Shown here: positions 52,565 through 64,000 of the stretch, one piece after another
How the letters are laid out: each line of letters begins with the position of its first letter
Numbering within the stretch: position 1 is the first letter of the stretch
Assembly: GCF_036321535.1 (NCBI RefSeq)
Contig: NC_087437.1
Span: 8,928,001 to 8,992,000 of the forward strand
Source: Camelus dromedarius
Taxonomy: Eukaryota
DNA: 64,000 nucleotides
Reading direction: 5' to 3'
Translations under genes and position numbers: made by a program
Notes under the pieces: generated by a model
Seen by the model: only the letters and a program-made list of their open reading frames with translations
Databases searched by the model: none
Told to the model about the DNA's origin: nothing

Positions 52565-53021
52565 TGCACCACCTCCCTTCTCCCGTAGTCATTTTTGTTA
52601 CATCACTCTTGAGAAAATGTCCACGCTTTCTTCTCATTCTTATTTCAATCAAGTGTTTTGGTGACCCTAAGCTTGACTGAATTCATTACAGCAAAGCAGG
52701 ACATGAAGGTTTCGGTAAACTCATTGCATGGTATTCGCTGTGTGCCCCACTATGTTTCTCAGCCCCTTCCCAGTTAGAGGGGTCCAGATGACCCTTGCTG
52801 GTCAACAGGCTCACAGCAGAAGTAACAAGTCTCACTTCTGGAGTGAAACATTCTGCTGCTTGTTACTTCTGCTTCTGTAGGACCTTCATATCCTGCTTTG
52901 CTGCAACAAATTCTGTCAAGGGTCACTAAAATGCTTTTCTGAAATAAGAATAAGAGGAAAATGTGGTCGTTTCTCAAGAGTGGTGTAATGATAGCAACTA
53001 TGGGGGAAGGGAGGTGGTGCA
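52565..53021. repeat. Long imperfect inverted repeat (arms 52565-52710 and 52882-53021, 171-bp spacer)
   Basis: Hand alignment: tgcaccacctcccttc...cagcaaagcaggacatgaaggt versus accttcatatcctgctttgctg...gaagggaggtggtgca, roughly 80% identical. Confidence 0.93.
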
Positions 53022-56000
53022 GGGATGGCATTTAAGATGTAGTCTTCTTTGAATTCTACCAAAGTGCTTCTAGTCTTAATTTTTTAATTGTTATCTGGAT
53101 TAATCCATAAATGGATCCTAGAAGAACCTATGTTGTAGCATTATTTGGATAGTGGATGTCAATGCTTTTGCATACTGCCTACAACATAGTTCATGGTAAA
53201 TATTTTTATCACTTTTGTTGAAGCTCTTATGCTTTTGTGGACCTATTTCATAGCCCCCAAATCCCAGAATTTCTTAGTCAGAAGGTAAGAAGCTGAAGCT
53301 AAAACTTCTCTGTCATGTAACTTGATCCTGTGTCACCATTGGCCTTGATCCTTATGTTCTGGGTGGCAGTGCCACTTTCCGGATTTCAGACCCCAGAGTC
53401 ACCCAGGCCTGTGAGCATTAGGTTCTGAACAAGGAACCACAGAAACCCCTTTGATTTTGGAAGGGCTCAGATTTGTGCCGTAGACCAAATGTTCTTTTTT
53501 TATATTGTTGGCCTTAATGTCTCAAAGGCATTAAGACTGAGGTTTAGAACACTCACAACGATTCTAAAGAGACAGCCTCCCAGCAGAAGTGATCTCTGAA
53601 GGAGAAAAGAATGATGATGTCTGCTTTTGCTGTGGTTTCTCTAAATTTGTATGCAAGACCCATTTCTGAGGGAGACTGGAAAGAACACTTACTGAAGTTC
53701 AAAGTTCTGAGTTCAAATCTGAGGAGCATCCTTTACTAGCCAGGGAATCTTGGGAAAATCACTTTATCCCATCAAGCTTTGGTTTCTTCATCTGCAAAAT
53801 GGGGCTTAGAATGTCTATTTCATTGAAAGGTTTTGCTGAGCTCAAATGAGTTAGCAGTGATGTATTGATGAGAATCTGAAGAATAGACTAAGGTTCTGTG
53901 TAATATAAAAATTACCAGCATCTCCACCTACTTTCCCCCAGCTTTGGTCCATAAACTTTTCTACTTACTGCGGGAAAGGAGGAAGGATTTCTGATTATGA
54001 ATATTCCATCTATCTATCCCATATCACAACCACATTCAATTAGAAAAGGTAGTGCTATTGGATTTTAACATGACTACTCTCATTCAGAAGTCTGATGTTA
54101 ACCTTAAAAATGTCTGAGATTCCCAAAAAAGTACTAAATCTGCCATTTCCCCCTAATAGCTGCCAAATATATTCAAGACTAGATGGCTTTGAATGGCCAG
54201 AAACCTACACCTGCAGTCTGTTTTCTTTTCCTTCTTAGTTAAGTGCAAATCTGTTAAAAAGATCATATCTCCACACCTTGAACTATTTCCAACTGTCTCT
54301 GTAAATAATGGTATAGAATGGAATATAAATTGACGACTTTTGAAGTTTGGCATGAAGCACTAGCATGGCTCCTTTGGGCGGATGCTAGAAATCATAAAAT
54401 GCCAGGAGTTGACACGCACAAGGTGGAATCGGAAGCCTCTCAGGATAAAGGGCAAACGTGCAGATCAATTCACCTGCAAAGTTTCCTTCTGCCCTCCTTC
54501 CCTCATCTCCCTTATCTCTACATGTAAGTGGATGGGGAAATATTGATCACGGGGCTTGAGAAGTTTTTGCAATCTTCCGGAATTCGCTCACAATTGGATA
54601 TGCGAGCAATATTGGTCAATCCTATGATGTGTGATCTCCCACAAGGAAAATAACAAGCCCCTGAGTTTGTCAGCCAGTTCCCTTAGGAACCAGGTGATGA
54701 AAGTATAGGGAACTGGAATGCACCTCTGTTTAGCTAACAAAAGTGCACTAGATTTCCCATTCTCTGGTACCCAATACTTCCCTGAATGAGTAAGACGATT
54801 CGAAATGTTGTGCATGCATATTAAAAAAATGAATGCAACTCAGCAAATCATTAGTATTTTTTTAATAGACAATGCCAAGGTTTTGCAAGTAATATACTAT
54901 TTGATCCATGACATGTAAGTTAACCTTGGAACCTTGTCCTTGCTCTGGCTTCTCTCTCTTCCGCCAGTCTCCTTCTGTCTTTTCCATGTCGGTCTGTTTA
55001 TCACGGCAGATGCTGAGGTCATGGGAACTGTGACTCCACCTGGTGTTTATTTCACTTAGTACGAAATCTGTGAAAGGGCCAGAGCAGCATGGGTGCAGAG
55101 TGGCAGAAAATTGGGGCATTGGACATTAAGCACAGATACATTTAATAATTTACACAGAATTAATAAGGCACTGGATTGTGGATTAAGACCCATAATCAAG
55201 TGACGATTTACAGATACTATTTACAAAATTGATACTTTGTTGGGAGACAAACCAAGTTTAGTAATACAATTAAATAGAAATTAAATCAGAAAAAAAATAC
55301 ATAATCATATTCTTATTAATGTGTTAACTTTGTAAAGATTATTTGCGTATTGTAGGCAGGGAGCAAGATAACTAAAGCAAGTTAATTAGATTTCAAGTGA
55401 ATTGCCACCATGTTAATTCATATTTTATAAGAATAGTAATTAAAATCCAACATGTTCTAGCTACAGCATGGTATTTTATTATATCCCATACTAACACTTT
55501 CTTCTAAATAATTTTAAAACATCAGCTTAATGGACTAGTAAAAATTCAATAATGTAACTGGGCACTTATTGTTAATAGAATATAGATTATAAAGTGAATT
55601 TTTATTGTTCTTGAAGTCATCCACAGCACAGTTTTAATTATATAATACTTACATTCCATCGGGGGTTCATTCATAGCCATTTTGCCCTGCAGGTGACTTT
55701 CCACATGTACGTTAAAATAAACATTGGTTTGGCACCTATTTCTCTAGTCTTATTTCTTTAAGAAAACATACTTATCATAGTCTTTGGGTGTGAGTGTCAA
55801 GCTCATTATAGGGTCGTGTAATACGCCACGACTTTTGTGCACTGGGATTTTATTTGGTCAAACACACGATACCGGCTGGCCAAACACCCCCCACATCAGC
55901 ACAAGGGTAAGTGTGTAAGGGGTGATTCTGCTTCTTTTGTGAAAAAGTAATCAGAAGAAGGATGATGAGATGATAAATAATGAAGTGTGTGAAGTAAGAG

Positions 56001-56039
56001 CAGGTCTTCCGTCTGGCAGAGGAAGTGCCCTCCTGATCT

Positions 56040-56580
56040 TTTGCCGTTTGGAGAAGAGGCCCTCCCCGGCCCCGCTGATCGCGGGCCTCGGCAGGGCCCC
56101 AGCCGTTGATGAGGCTGGTGTGCGCCCACGGGACGCGCTGCCTGGAAACCAGTGAGCAGTCACGTCCACGCGTTTTAAACAAATCGGCTCGCGATGGCGA
56201 CTACCCGGCTGAGGGTCTTCCGCAAAGAGTCCCTGCGCTGTTGGTTGGGAGGATTGCCTCCTCTTTGCCCTCAGGGCTTGAGATCAGTGAGGAAATACGG
56301 CGCATTTGGCCAAGAGAAGGGTCTTAAACATAATGTCTGCAAGACCACTGGGAGGAATGTATTCATGGGTCAACGTTGCAAATGAGGACACAGACGTGCA
56401 GTTGTGCAACGTGCCGCGTCTAACGTTGCCGAAGTTTCCCGGTCAGCGGTTGCGTCTTCCTTGTGATGGCCTGAGGTCAACAACTCTGAATGACTGCTCT
56501 TAACCCAAATTTCGACCGCTTCTTCGCATCTTACCGTCTGTGGTGTTGAGGCTCTCTGCTTTCCTTTACCCGCGTGTAGG
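56040..56580. promoter_or_regulatory. CpG-rich patch (orphan CpG-island-like), candidate regulatory element
   Basis: About 20 CpGs in 56041-56240 and about 39 in 56041-56580 by hand count, in an otherwise CpG-depleted window; not a repeat I recognise. Confidence 0.45.
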
Positions 56581-56589
56581 TGCAGCCTT

Positions 56590-56990
56590 GCGGTGGATGC
56601 GGTGACCGGCTGCCCAAAGCATCCTTCAGGAATGATGGGCTCTTCCAGTTGCTGGAGCCCCAGTTTTCAGCCCCCTCCAGATGCTGCCTTGGGTACACGT
56701 CTGCCTCACTCAGTCACATCCACTTCCCGGGACAGCCTGCAGTCAGTGACTCTTCAAAGGTGGAAAGTTCCCGCCATCTAACCCCGAAGTGGGGAAGGAT
56801 TTGAAGGAGAATTCCATCTTCCATCTTTGCACCTCAATACTGCCGAGATCACACTGCAGTTCCACTCCTCACGTTGTCCAACCCTGCTTTTCTGCTTTCC
56901 TTTCCATAGAGGAGACGCACAGCCCACTCCCTGGTAAATCTGCATGCTGAACTCCACCGCAAAGTCAACTTCTCAGAGAATTCAATTGCA
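56590..56990 (+). mobile_element. ERVL LTR16-like solo LTR
   Basis: 'tgcggtggatgc...ccttcaggaatgatggg' and the terminus 'actccctggtaaatctgcatgctgaactcc...ttctcagagaattcaa'. Confidence 0.55.
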
Positions 56991-58314
56991 TCCACCCTGT
57001 GCTGCTTCAAGACCTCGAATTCGCCATTATTTTGTGGAGATCATTGAGTTAATTCTACATCAGTGGTATTTTTTATTTCCATTTTGAATATACACTTCAT
57101 GAATGGCTTCAATAAATGAAAACAACAGTGGAATCTAGATGATAGGGTTAATAAAAGAGGTTGAATTTCTAGGATTTAAAAGGGCCCTAATCTTAGAGGG
57201 CATTCGATAAAAAGAGGAAATACTACAATGGGAGAGAGTTAGATTTGGATCTTGAATACATTCATTAGATATGAGGGATATAAATTTAAGTGATTGTCTC
57301 AAGAAAAGAAGGAGCATTTCCCTTTGCCATCTTCAGTGTTTAAAAATTGGATAAAGGCCCCAGAGGAAAGCATGCTTTCCCTTTGCACCGCCAATCACTG
57401 GATGATTATTAGAGCAAAGACATCAAGTTTTCTACAGGGAAAGGGGTTTGAGCAAATGAGGAAATTTCTCTTGTAGATGCTCCTACACTTAAGCTCATTA
57501 TCCTCTATACGTAATGAAGTCATTCACCAAACTTCTTAAGTGCTCATTGGCTGAACACATCCCTGGACAACCAGCAAGGAGCCAAGAAAGAAAACCCCAA
57601 ATTTTTCATACTAATAACACTGCTGGAGATATTTCATGGAATCTTTCCAAATATTTGAAAAAAAACTTCACAGATTTTTATAAGGAGTTTTATTTTAGCA
57701 TTCAAGAACTTTCTAGACAGTTCTGCAACTGTGAGTTGTCTGTGAGCTCTTAGCTCTCCCAGTGAATTCAAGATGGTATCTATGTTTTTTAAACTGTGGC
57801 TATAAAAGTTTTCTCTTTCCTCTGAGTATTTTTGGTCTGAGATTCAGAACATGTCTACGTTTCAACTTTTCTTTGTTGTTATCTTCCTGGTGTCATTAAA
57901 TCGTAGCATTCCCTGATCTATCCCCCCCATCCCATAATATTTACTGAGATTTAGGAGTTGAACATTAGTTACGGTTATATGTAAATTAGAAGTCTCTTTA
58001 ATAACCTGAATTAAGGAGAGTCATTTCCTTCTCTGTTCATGGAGAAGTCTCTGACTAGGATGTGAACATATTTGCTTATTCACTTAGTTTACTTAAATAA
58101 TAGTATTAATTATGACTTCAAACCTAAAATTATTAAAGATGACCTTTGCAATAAGGGATGTGAGGCTGCAGAACCCAGTAAATTTCCCTCACCTCCATCT
58201 TTTCCTTTCCATCCTACTTTCTACTTTCTTTTTTGCATGTCTGTAAAGTCTGTTGTCAACAATGATAGATACTAATCATGCAAAGGTGTGTGTATTCATT
58301 TATTCAACAAGTCT

Positions 58315-58930
58315 TTTTTCATTTTTAAAAAATGTGTCTTTGCAGTCAGTTACAATGTATCAGTTTCTGGTCAACAGCACAGTGTCCCGGTCATGCATAT
58401 TCATACATATATATTTGAACATAGCTCCCTGTGCTATACGAAAGAAACTGCGTTTTAAAATGTATTTATATATCTATAGTGGCTAACATTTGTAAATCTC
58501 AAACTCCAAAATGTATCCCCTCCCACCTCCTTTCCCCAATAACCATAAGATTATTTACTATGTCTGCAAGTCTGTCCCTGTTTTGTAGATGAGTTCATAG
58601 TGTCTTTTTTTTTTTTGATTCCACATATGAGTAATATCATATGGTATTTTCCTTTCTTTTTCTGGCTTATTTCACTTAGAATGACAATCACTGTGTCCAT
58701 CCATGTTGCTGCAAATGACATTATTTTATTCTTTTTTATGGCAGAGTAGTATTCCATTGTATAAATATACCACAACGATAGTACATAAAAAAAATCATAC
58801 ACCATCATCAAGTTGGATTCATCCCAGGGACACAAGGATGGTTCAATATACGCAAATCAATCAATGTGATACACCACAGCCACAAAAGAAAGGTCAAAAA
58901 CCACATAATCATCTCAATAGATGCAGAAAA
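58315..58930 (-). mobile_element. L1 with 5' inversion: 3' end on minus (58315 to about 58775), ORF2 RT piece on plus (about 58780-58930)
   Basis: The plus piece translates [48 protein letters not shown]. The minus piece encodes the ORF2 C-terminus (WYIYTMEYYSAIKKNKIMSFAATWMD). Confidence 0.9.
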
Positions 58931-59019
58931 GTTTTGAACATCTATTAGGTCCCTAGATATGTGTTAGAAACCTGGGATACACTTTTAGCCAAGCAGGCAT
59001 TTCTCTTCCTTAAAGGAAC

Positions 59020-59573
59020 TTAAAATAGAAGAGAAAAAACTTCCTTCTATCCTCCTACATTCTATGGCTGAGTCTAAAAATTAAACTGACATAAGACAGA
59101 TTAACAAGGAAAAAGCATACAGATTGTATTTAATATTTTTTACATGTACATGAGAGCCTTCAAAAGGAAAATAAAGACCAGAAGAAGCTATAAGGCCCCA
59201 AAGCTCATATATTTTAAAGCAAAGAATGATAAATTGTGGAGCTGTGACAAGATAATTTGGCTTGGGCCAGGGGTCATAAATTGTAGGACGGGGACTAGGA
59301 AATACATGCTGGAAACTAGTGGAAGATAAGGGCTATTTGAGTAGGTTTGTTTGTACAGATCTATTTCAGCATTGACTCCCAGTCAGGTGATAAAATGGCT
59401 TTCTCATACAAGGAGGTCACTTTTCTCATGGGAGAGTTTATGACCTGCTTTTAGGTGGGAAAGGGAACGTCTCTCTGACCTTCTGCATTTGCTGTTTCTC
59501 AAGAGCCTTCGGCTCAAAATAATCAACATGCCAAAGCAGCAGATTTGCAGGTGGCATATTCTAAACCTCTTCA
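59020..59573 (-). mobile_element. ERV1 MER34-like solo LTR
   Basis: Minus-strand start 'tgaagaggtttagaatatgccacc'; ggaac on both flanks (59015-59019 / 59574-59578). Confidence 0.75.
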
Positions 59574-59959
59574 GGAACATACAGTGATGCTTGATTTCTA
59601 AGAGTTCACTACGGACTAGGAGACACGTCTCAGATCTGTTCTATGTATTCATTGCCACACAAAAATAAGTTTGAGAACTTCGCAATTACACTTTTGGAAT
59701 TCAGAAAACCCTCAGTAAGAGAAAGAGGAATCCAAGAAAGGAAACAGCTCATGCCGAGATTGTAGGCTTAATGGTGAGACCCTGGAACAGCACACACGGG
59801 GGAACCGAGCTGTGTATCTGCACAGGGGAACCATGGGGAAAGAGGCTGGCACGTTAGCAAAGGGCTAAATCAGATCTTCACCTTGAGTTTCCTACTGAGA
59901 AGCCTGGTGATGGAACTGATGTCCAAGAAACCATATTGACCACCAGATCTGGGATCCCC

Positions 59960-60335
59960 TCCTGTGATGCAGAATGACAGCTGAGAAGTGGCTTCCCAGC
60001 CCAGGACTACCAGTCCAGTCTCTGATGAATCTGGTGGTGGCTAGTGCTCACTAACTGAATATGTCGCTCCCAGGTCACGGTGATATAAAGCAATCATTAA
60101 TCTTTTCCGTGCCTCTTATCTCTTGTTTGGCTAATGGCTTGCAGGGCACCCTTGGAAACGACGTGTAGAGAGTGGCACTGCTACCAGCACCCTAGGTTCT
60201 TGAATGACTGGATGAATCCTAGCCCCACCCTCTAATCGAGGACACCAACACTGGAGTGACAGACAGTGGAAAAAATCAGCTTTTCTTTTGATATGCCACT
60301 GGCATTGTCCATTTTGTCACTGCAGAAATTGTACC
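59960..60335 (+). mobile_element. Old MaLR LTR (MLT1H/J-like)
   Basis: 'ccctaggttcttgaatgactggatgaatc...gccactggcattg...tgtcactgcag'. Confidence 0.5.
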
Positions 60336-60785
60336 CTAAATAATTCAAGGAGCCATTAGAGGATTTTTTTCTTATAGGTACGATATGATCAGATGTATAT
60401 TTTTGTAAAGGAAGAGTTATTGCTGTGGGCAGGAGGATTACATACTGGGAGGCTGCAATAAGCTACTGGAAAGTTAGGACCTGCATCAGGACTTTTAGAG
60501 CAAAAAGAGAGGATAGTTTGGGTGACACTTGGCTGGTTCATCCTACAAAAATTCCTCCTAGCCTTAGTAAGGCGTAAGTCCAGATGGCTCCCAGGTTAAT
60601 TTAAAGTATGAGCGGCAAGTTAAAAAAAAAATTCATACAAAAATATCCAGGTAGTAATGAAATTTAAGGTTCAGGAAACATGCATATTAGATTTGAAACA
60701 CCCAAAGTCTAATAGTTAGGAGTGACTATAAATAATAGTGACTATTTCAAAAATTAAAGTATTTGAAATGAAGAATTCTTTTTTA

Positions 60786-60919
60786 TTAGTGGTTATTGGA
60801 GGTCAGCAATTAGGTTTATTTATTTACTTATTTATTTTTTGATGGAGATACTGGGGATTGAACCCAGGACCTCTTGCATGCTAAGCACATGCTCTACCAC
60901 TGAGCTACACCCTCCCCGC
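60786..60919 (-). mobile_element. Vic-1-like SINE
   Basis: 'actggggattgaacccaggacctcttgcatgctaagcacatgctctaccactgagctacaccctcccc'; approximate TSD aaga(a)ttct. Confidence 0.92.
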
Positions 60920-62244
60920 AAAGATTCTATTTTTAATGAGAAATCTACATCTCATCATAAAAAAGAATATCTTCTGTTTAACTCTTCTTCATAGAAAATG
61001 GTTCTTCCTATGGATGCTAGCCACCTCGGAACGACAGGGCGGCTATGATGTATTCCAGGGAGGAGCGCCCAGAGACTTATAAATGCACGCAGAGTGGAGC
61101 TTGAAGAGAGAAATTTCCTCTGCCCGGGTGTAGAATGCCAGATAATGAATCCTTACAGAGGGGACATTATAAATTGGAGTCTGGAAGGAGAGATGAAGTC
61201 AAGGAAATAAGAGCCATTATAGAATGAATGATTGTGGTAATTAAGGTTATGGGTAAAGAAGGGGTTTAGTTATTGCAGTGCAAATAAATCAGAAGCATGT
61301 TTTAAACAATGAAAGAGTGTGCCTCTTGGAATTTGTCAAGGCCTCCCCTTTTTGATTTCCATGTAGCCTAATGCTCTACTCAGAAAGGGTCTTACTCTTG
61401 TAAGAGACAAAGAAAGAAAAAATTGTTAAAATATGAAAAGAGGTTTATATATACTCCTAGCTGTCTTGAACCAGTTTTGAATGAAAACAACACAAAAGAC
61501 ATCAATCATATTTCTCAATCAGTATTTAGCATCTCATTACCAACCTTGGCAGGGATAAATGACATGTTTTTAGGTGATGCTAACGAAGATGACATTTTAA
61601 ATTCAGACTGACAAAACTTGAAGCTTCTATTTGGAAAATAATCCACAAATGTGACACTGGATCTCTGAGGGGGATGTCTAAACCACTAAGCCAGAATATT
61701 GTTCTGTTAAAGGATTTATATATAAGTTGATTAACCTATTTTTTCAAATCACACTACAATATGATAAAGTCTTTGTTGCTGTTTTTTCTTTCATGTTGTT
61801 GATTCATTGTCGACGGTGAAGCTGGTGATAGAAAATATAATGTAGCATTCAGGGAACTGTTTCAAAATTTGAGTTTTCAAATTCCTTTAGATGATTCCAG
61901 ACAAATTTGCACTTACTCTAAAAAGAGTATTTGTTTTTCTGATTATAAAATTATTATGTGCTCTGCCTGTAACATTTAAATTTCAGGAAAGTATAAAAAC
62001 ATTAAAATATTTTAAAATACGGTTCTTCTTGTTTTTCTTCTTGTTTTCTTTTTATGCACAGATAAATTTGGTGTGCTTTTTCCTGCAATGAATGCTTTAT
62101 TATACTGTTCTAAGTGAAAAATGTTCTTTGACAACATGATTTTAATAGCTGCACAATGATCCAGTATATAGATGTTTCATATATTTTTTAATAATTCTTT
62201 TTTTCTGAATATATGCAATGTTTCCAAAATGTTGTTATTCTGCA

Positions 62245-62253
62245 ACACACACA

Positions 62254-62285
<32 letters not shown>
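62245..62285. repeat. (CA)n microsatellite within an old L1 fragment
   Basis: About 20 CA units with one interruption. Confidence 0.95.
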
Positions 62286-62287
<2 letters not shown>

Positions 62288-62890
62288 GGAGGAAAACCTT
62301 CACCTGGATAAGTCCTATAATATATGATGTATTTTGTTTCTAGGAGATGTGTATATATATGGTATTTCCTAACCAAAGATTCCTAGGCATGAAATTTCTA
62401 CACCAAAGTGCACAAACTCTTTGGAAAGCTCCTGACACATATGCAAAATTGTGCTCCAGGTCACCGGTAGCCATTCACACTCCTGGGAGTGGCCACTGCT
62501 ATCTTGGTCTTGCTAGCTTAGATTGTTATTACTGTTTCTAACCTGTGTCAATTTGAGAAGTGAAAAATAGGATCTTACTGTGTTTTTCATGTAATTTTCA
62601 TTTCTCTGTCTACAAAGGGGAATGAATTTTTGTTCACTTGCTAATTAGCCATTTAGAGTCTTCCTTTTTTGAACTGACTTTCTAAACCTTTGCATCTCAT
62701 TGTTTTCAAGATACTGATTTATATTAGCATATTTTTAGATAAATAGTCCAACATCTTTTCTTTTCAATCATTGTTTTTTTACTTTTCTCTATATATTTTT
62801 TCAGTAGTCTGCAGACAAATAAAAATTCTTGAGCTTACTACATCCTCACAAATCTTTACCCATGATATAATCATTAAAAGTTTACCTCCA

Positions 62891-63031
62891 GTCAAGGGGG
62901 GAGGCTCAGTGGTAGAGTGCATGCCTAACATGCACGAGGTCCTGGGTTCAATCCCCAGTACCTCCACTAAAAAAAGAAATAAGTAAACCTCATTACCTCT
63001 TTCACCAAAAATAAAAAACAAAACATTTTTT
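62891..63031 (+). mobile_element. Vic-1-like SINE
   Basis: TSD aaagttta(c/t)ctcca (62877-62890 / 63032-63045); B box gggttcaatcccc. Confidence 0.92.
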
Positions 63032-63303
63032 AAAGTTTATCTCCATTTTCTTCTAGTTTTTTCATTTATTTTTATAGTTAATTCTGTAGTTTCTGAATTT
63101 ACTTTGGTGTATTTTATTAGCTCAATTTAAGTTTTGTGTGACTGTGTGTGTTTACTTTCCAAAGCTATTGGGGAGAGAGAGTATATAAAAGGACTTTTTA
63201 GTCTGTGAACTAGTAGCTACATTACACATGCTCTAATAAATTAACACTTTACTAGCTTCTCAATAAGATATTTACAATACCTTAAGCATTAAGACCCTCT
63301 TTT

Positions 63304-63660
63304 CTTTATTGAAGTGTAGTTGATTTAATAGTATATTAGCTTCAGATAAACAACAGAGAGTCAATGTTTTTATAGATTATTCTCTAAAGTTCTTAACAAA
63401 GTATTGGCTATGTACTCTGTGCTGTACAATATATTCCTATAGCTTATTTATTTGCTGCATGGTAGTTTGTGTCTCTTAATCCCATGTTTTGCCCCTCTTC
63501 CCTTTCCTCTCCCCACTGGTAACCACTAGTTTGTTCACTTTATCTGTGATCTGTTTCTGTGTGGTTATTTACATTTGTTTGTTTTGCTTTTCAGATTCCA
63601 CATGTAAGTGATAACATAAAGTATTTGTCTTTCTCTGATTTATTTTACTAAACATAATAT
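63304..63660 (-). mobile_element. L1 3' stub (L1 part of the L1/5S chimera)
   Basis: 'tttattgaagtgtagttgattt...ccccactggtaaccactagtttgttc...ttcagattccacatgtaagtgata'. Confidence 0.88.
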
Positions 63661-63735
63661 CACCCTGAACATGCCTAATCTCATCTGATCTGGAAAGCTC
63701 AGCAGGGTTGGCCCGGTTGATACTTGGATGGGAGA
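63657..63735 (+). pseudogene. RNA5S: 5S rRNA pseudogene fragment (about nt 11-90 of 5S)
   Basis: atatcaccctgaacatgcctaatctcatctgatctggaaagctcagcagggttggcccggttgatacttggatgggaga aligns to vertebrate 5S (ATACCACCCTGAACGCGCCCGATCTCGTCTGATCTCGGAAGCTAAGCAGG...TACTTGGATGGGAGA). Many differences are CpG decay; both ends are missing. Confidence 0.93.
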
Positions 63736-64000
63736 ACCCTCTTTTATATGTAGAAGTTATAACATACACTAGTATGTAAGTATCTATCTGCTGGTCAGAA
63801 TTCACAGGCAAACACAAATTCTAGCTTTTATTGGAATATCGCTCTCCCTTCGCTAGGTTGATTAATACGTCTTGTGTCATATCACACATCGTATCATATA
63901 TGTCATATATCACATTCTCACATATCCGCTGGTCTATTTCAGAGCTACTCATGTTAGCTCACAGATCTGTCTTTCCCACGTTATACCAACACATCACTCA

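Noticed and set aside
63657..63735. Functional 5S rRNA gene
   Set aside because: Lacks about 10 nt at the 5' end, about 30 nt at the 3' end and the terminator; shows CpG decay; single copy fused to an L1.

Overview
Repeat-rich mammalian DNA, intergenic or deep intronic, with no protein-coding gene I can recognise. The supplied ORFs are short or sit in repeats, and the only real protein similarity is to decayed LINE-1 ORF2. Eight tRNA-Ala(AGC)-derived SINEs with an 'aaacctaattacctcccc' tail match the camelid Vic-1 family as I recall it, suggesting a camel/alpaca/llama genome (inference). The window is a layered transposon record: ancient MIR, L2, MER5A/MER33, MLT1, LTR16/33 and L1M copies; younger L1 3' stubs with target-site duplications (TSDs); and ERV1-type solo LTRs with 4-bp TSDs. 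Most notable: (1) an L1/5S rRNA chimera inside one TSD, with the 5S part antisense to the L1 (63294-63745); (2) a ~145-bp-arm inverted repeat with nested inner inversions (52565-53021); (3) two independently inserted, oppositely oriented copies of one LTR bracketing a SINE/LTR nest (4643-7061); (4) a four-level nest containing an internally deleted L1 (about 11.6-14.9 kb); (5) an orphan CpG-rich patch (about 56.0-56.6 kb). Family names come from recalled consensus sequences, not database searches. Old-element boundaries are approximate. I found no convincing new multi-gene system.
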